From positions 1-36,804 of the forward strand of contig JAYZAY010000074.1 of NCBI GenBank assembly GCA_036339465.1: a stretch of 36,804 bases of DNA, read 5' to 3'. Within the stretch, counting starts at the first letter, position 1, and each line of letters opens with the position of its first letter. Under the pieces are notes generated by a model. That model saw only the letters and a program-made list of their open reading frames with translations, was not told where the DNA came from and did no database searches. Source of the DNA: Myxococcota bacterium (GTDB lineage: Bacteria > Myxococcota > XYA12-FULL-58-9 > JABJBS01). Below are positions 35,579-36,804 of this stretch, piece by piece. The position numbers were made by a program, and so were the translations under genes.

Positions 35579-36781
35579 ATGGCCAAAGAGAAATTTGATC
35601 GATCAAAGCCTCACGTGAATGTTGGCACTATTGGTCACGTCGACCACGGTAAAACAACGCTAACCGCTGCTTTGACAAAAGTATCCGCTGGGGAAAACGA
35701 GGGAGTGAAGGCGATTAACTACGATGAAGTAGCGAAAGCGTCCGAGTCACAGGGGCGCCGTGATGCAAGTAAAATCATGACGATTGCCACTTCACATGTC
35801 GAATATGAAACAGCCAATCGTCATTATGCACATGTCGACTGTCCGGGGCACGCAGACTACGTGAAGAACATGATCACCGGTGCGGCTCAGATGGACGGTG
35901 CGATCCTGGTTGTTTCAGCCGCGGATGGCCCAATGCCTCAGACCCGAGAGCATGTCCTTTTGGCGCGACAGGTTAACGTTCCCCACCTAGTGGTATTTAT
36001 GAATAAGGTGGATGTTGTTGATGATGAGGAACTTCTCGATCTTGTTGAATTGGAAGTTCGCGAGCTTCTCAACGAGTATAAGTTTCCTGGTGATGATGCC
36101 CCAGTCATTAGGGGGTCTGCCCTTGGAGCGATTGAAGGCAAGGAAGCAGGTGTTAACTCGATAAAGGAGCTATTCGAAGCACTTGATAATTTCATCCCTG
36201 AGCCTGTTCGAATCACGGATAAGCCCTTTTTGATGCCAATCGAGGACGTTTTCTCGATCTCCGGTCGTGGAACAGTTGTCACCGGTCGAGTGGAGCGTGG
36301 AATCCTAAGAACTGGCGATGAAATCGAAATCGTTGGTATTCGGGAAACGCAAAAAAGCACCTGTACTGGCGTCGAAATGTTCCGAAAATTACTTGACGAA
36401 GGTCGAGCCGGAGACAACATCGGCGCGCTTTTACGTGGAACCAAGCGTGAAGATGTTGAGCGCGGGCAGGTTCTTGCTGCACCTGGAACGATCACTCCTC
36501 ACCAAAAGTTTAATTGTGAGGTTTATGTTCTTAACAAGGACGAAGGCGGGCGACACACCCCGTTTTTCAGTAACTATCGACCACAGTTCTACTTTCGAAC
36601 CACGGACGTAACCGGCTCCATTAAGTTACCCGAAGGTACTGAAATGGTGATGCCTGGTGATAACGTTTCAATGGAAGTTGAACTCATCTGCCCAATCGCA
36701 ATGGAACGAGAAGTCCGATTCGCGATTAGGGAAGGTGGCCGTACCATTGGTGCTGGTGTTGTTACTGACATCATTGAATAG
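35579..36781 (+). CDS. tuf: Elongation factor Tu
   Basis: [40 protein letters not shown]. Confidence 0.99.
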   Translation: MAKEKFDRSKPHVNVGTIGHVDHGKTTLTAALTKVSAGENEGVKAINYDEVAKASESQGRRDASKIMTIATSHVEYETANRHYAHVDCPGHADYVKNMITGAAQMDGAILVVSAADGPMPQTREHVLLARQVNVPHLVVFMNKVDVVDDEELLDLVELEVRELLNEYKFPGDDAPVIRGSALGAIEGKEAGVNSIKELFEALDNFIPEPVRITDKPFLMPIEDVFSISGRGTVVTGRVERGILRTGDEIEIVGIRETQKSTCTGVEMFRKLLDEGRAGDNIGALLRGTKREDVERGQVLAAPGTITPHQKFNCEVYVLNKDEGGRHTPFFSNYRPQFYFRTTDVTGSIKLPEGTEMVMPGDNVSMEVELICPIAMEREVRFAIREGGRTIGAGVVTDIIE

Positions 36782-36804
36782 GTATTAGTGGGAGTGGAAG
36801 CACC

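Overview
Chromosomal housekeeping/accessory window from a bacterium that looks Myxococcota-like. This placement is inferred from gene families: a TIGR04551-like outer-membrane protein, a PEGA-domain Ser/Thr kinase, a DUF4388 protein, Myxococcus Cys-rich repeat remnants and microcompartment satellite genes. In order it holds: the 3' end of a 16S rRNA gene followed by a terminator and no 23S; fadN-fadA; gltX; lysA-dapA; an OM barrel; dnaK; a kinase; tmk; a lipoprotein; a decayed Cys-rich repeat gene; a classical menaquinone cluster (menF-D-A-C-E, polyprenyl synthase, DAHP synthase) with a thioesterase nested antisense inside an extended menE frame; dapF plus a module of degenerate signalling proteins; an FHA protein; a microcompartment satellite locus (2x EutN/CcmL, class II aldolase, DeoC with an N-terminal extension) preceded by a structured intergenic element; rlmB; tRNA-Tyr/Gly/Thr; and a tuf with a non-canonical switch I. 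No transposase, integrase or CRISPR array was seen. All family calls come from motif recognition by eye, not from database searches.
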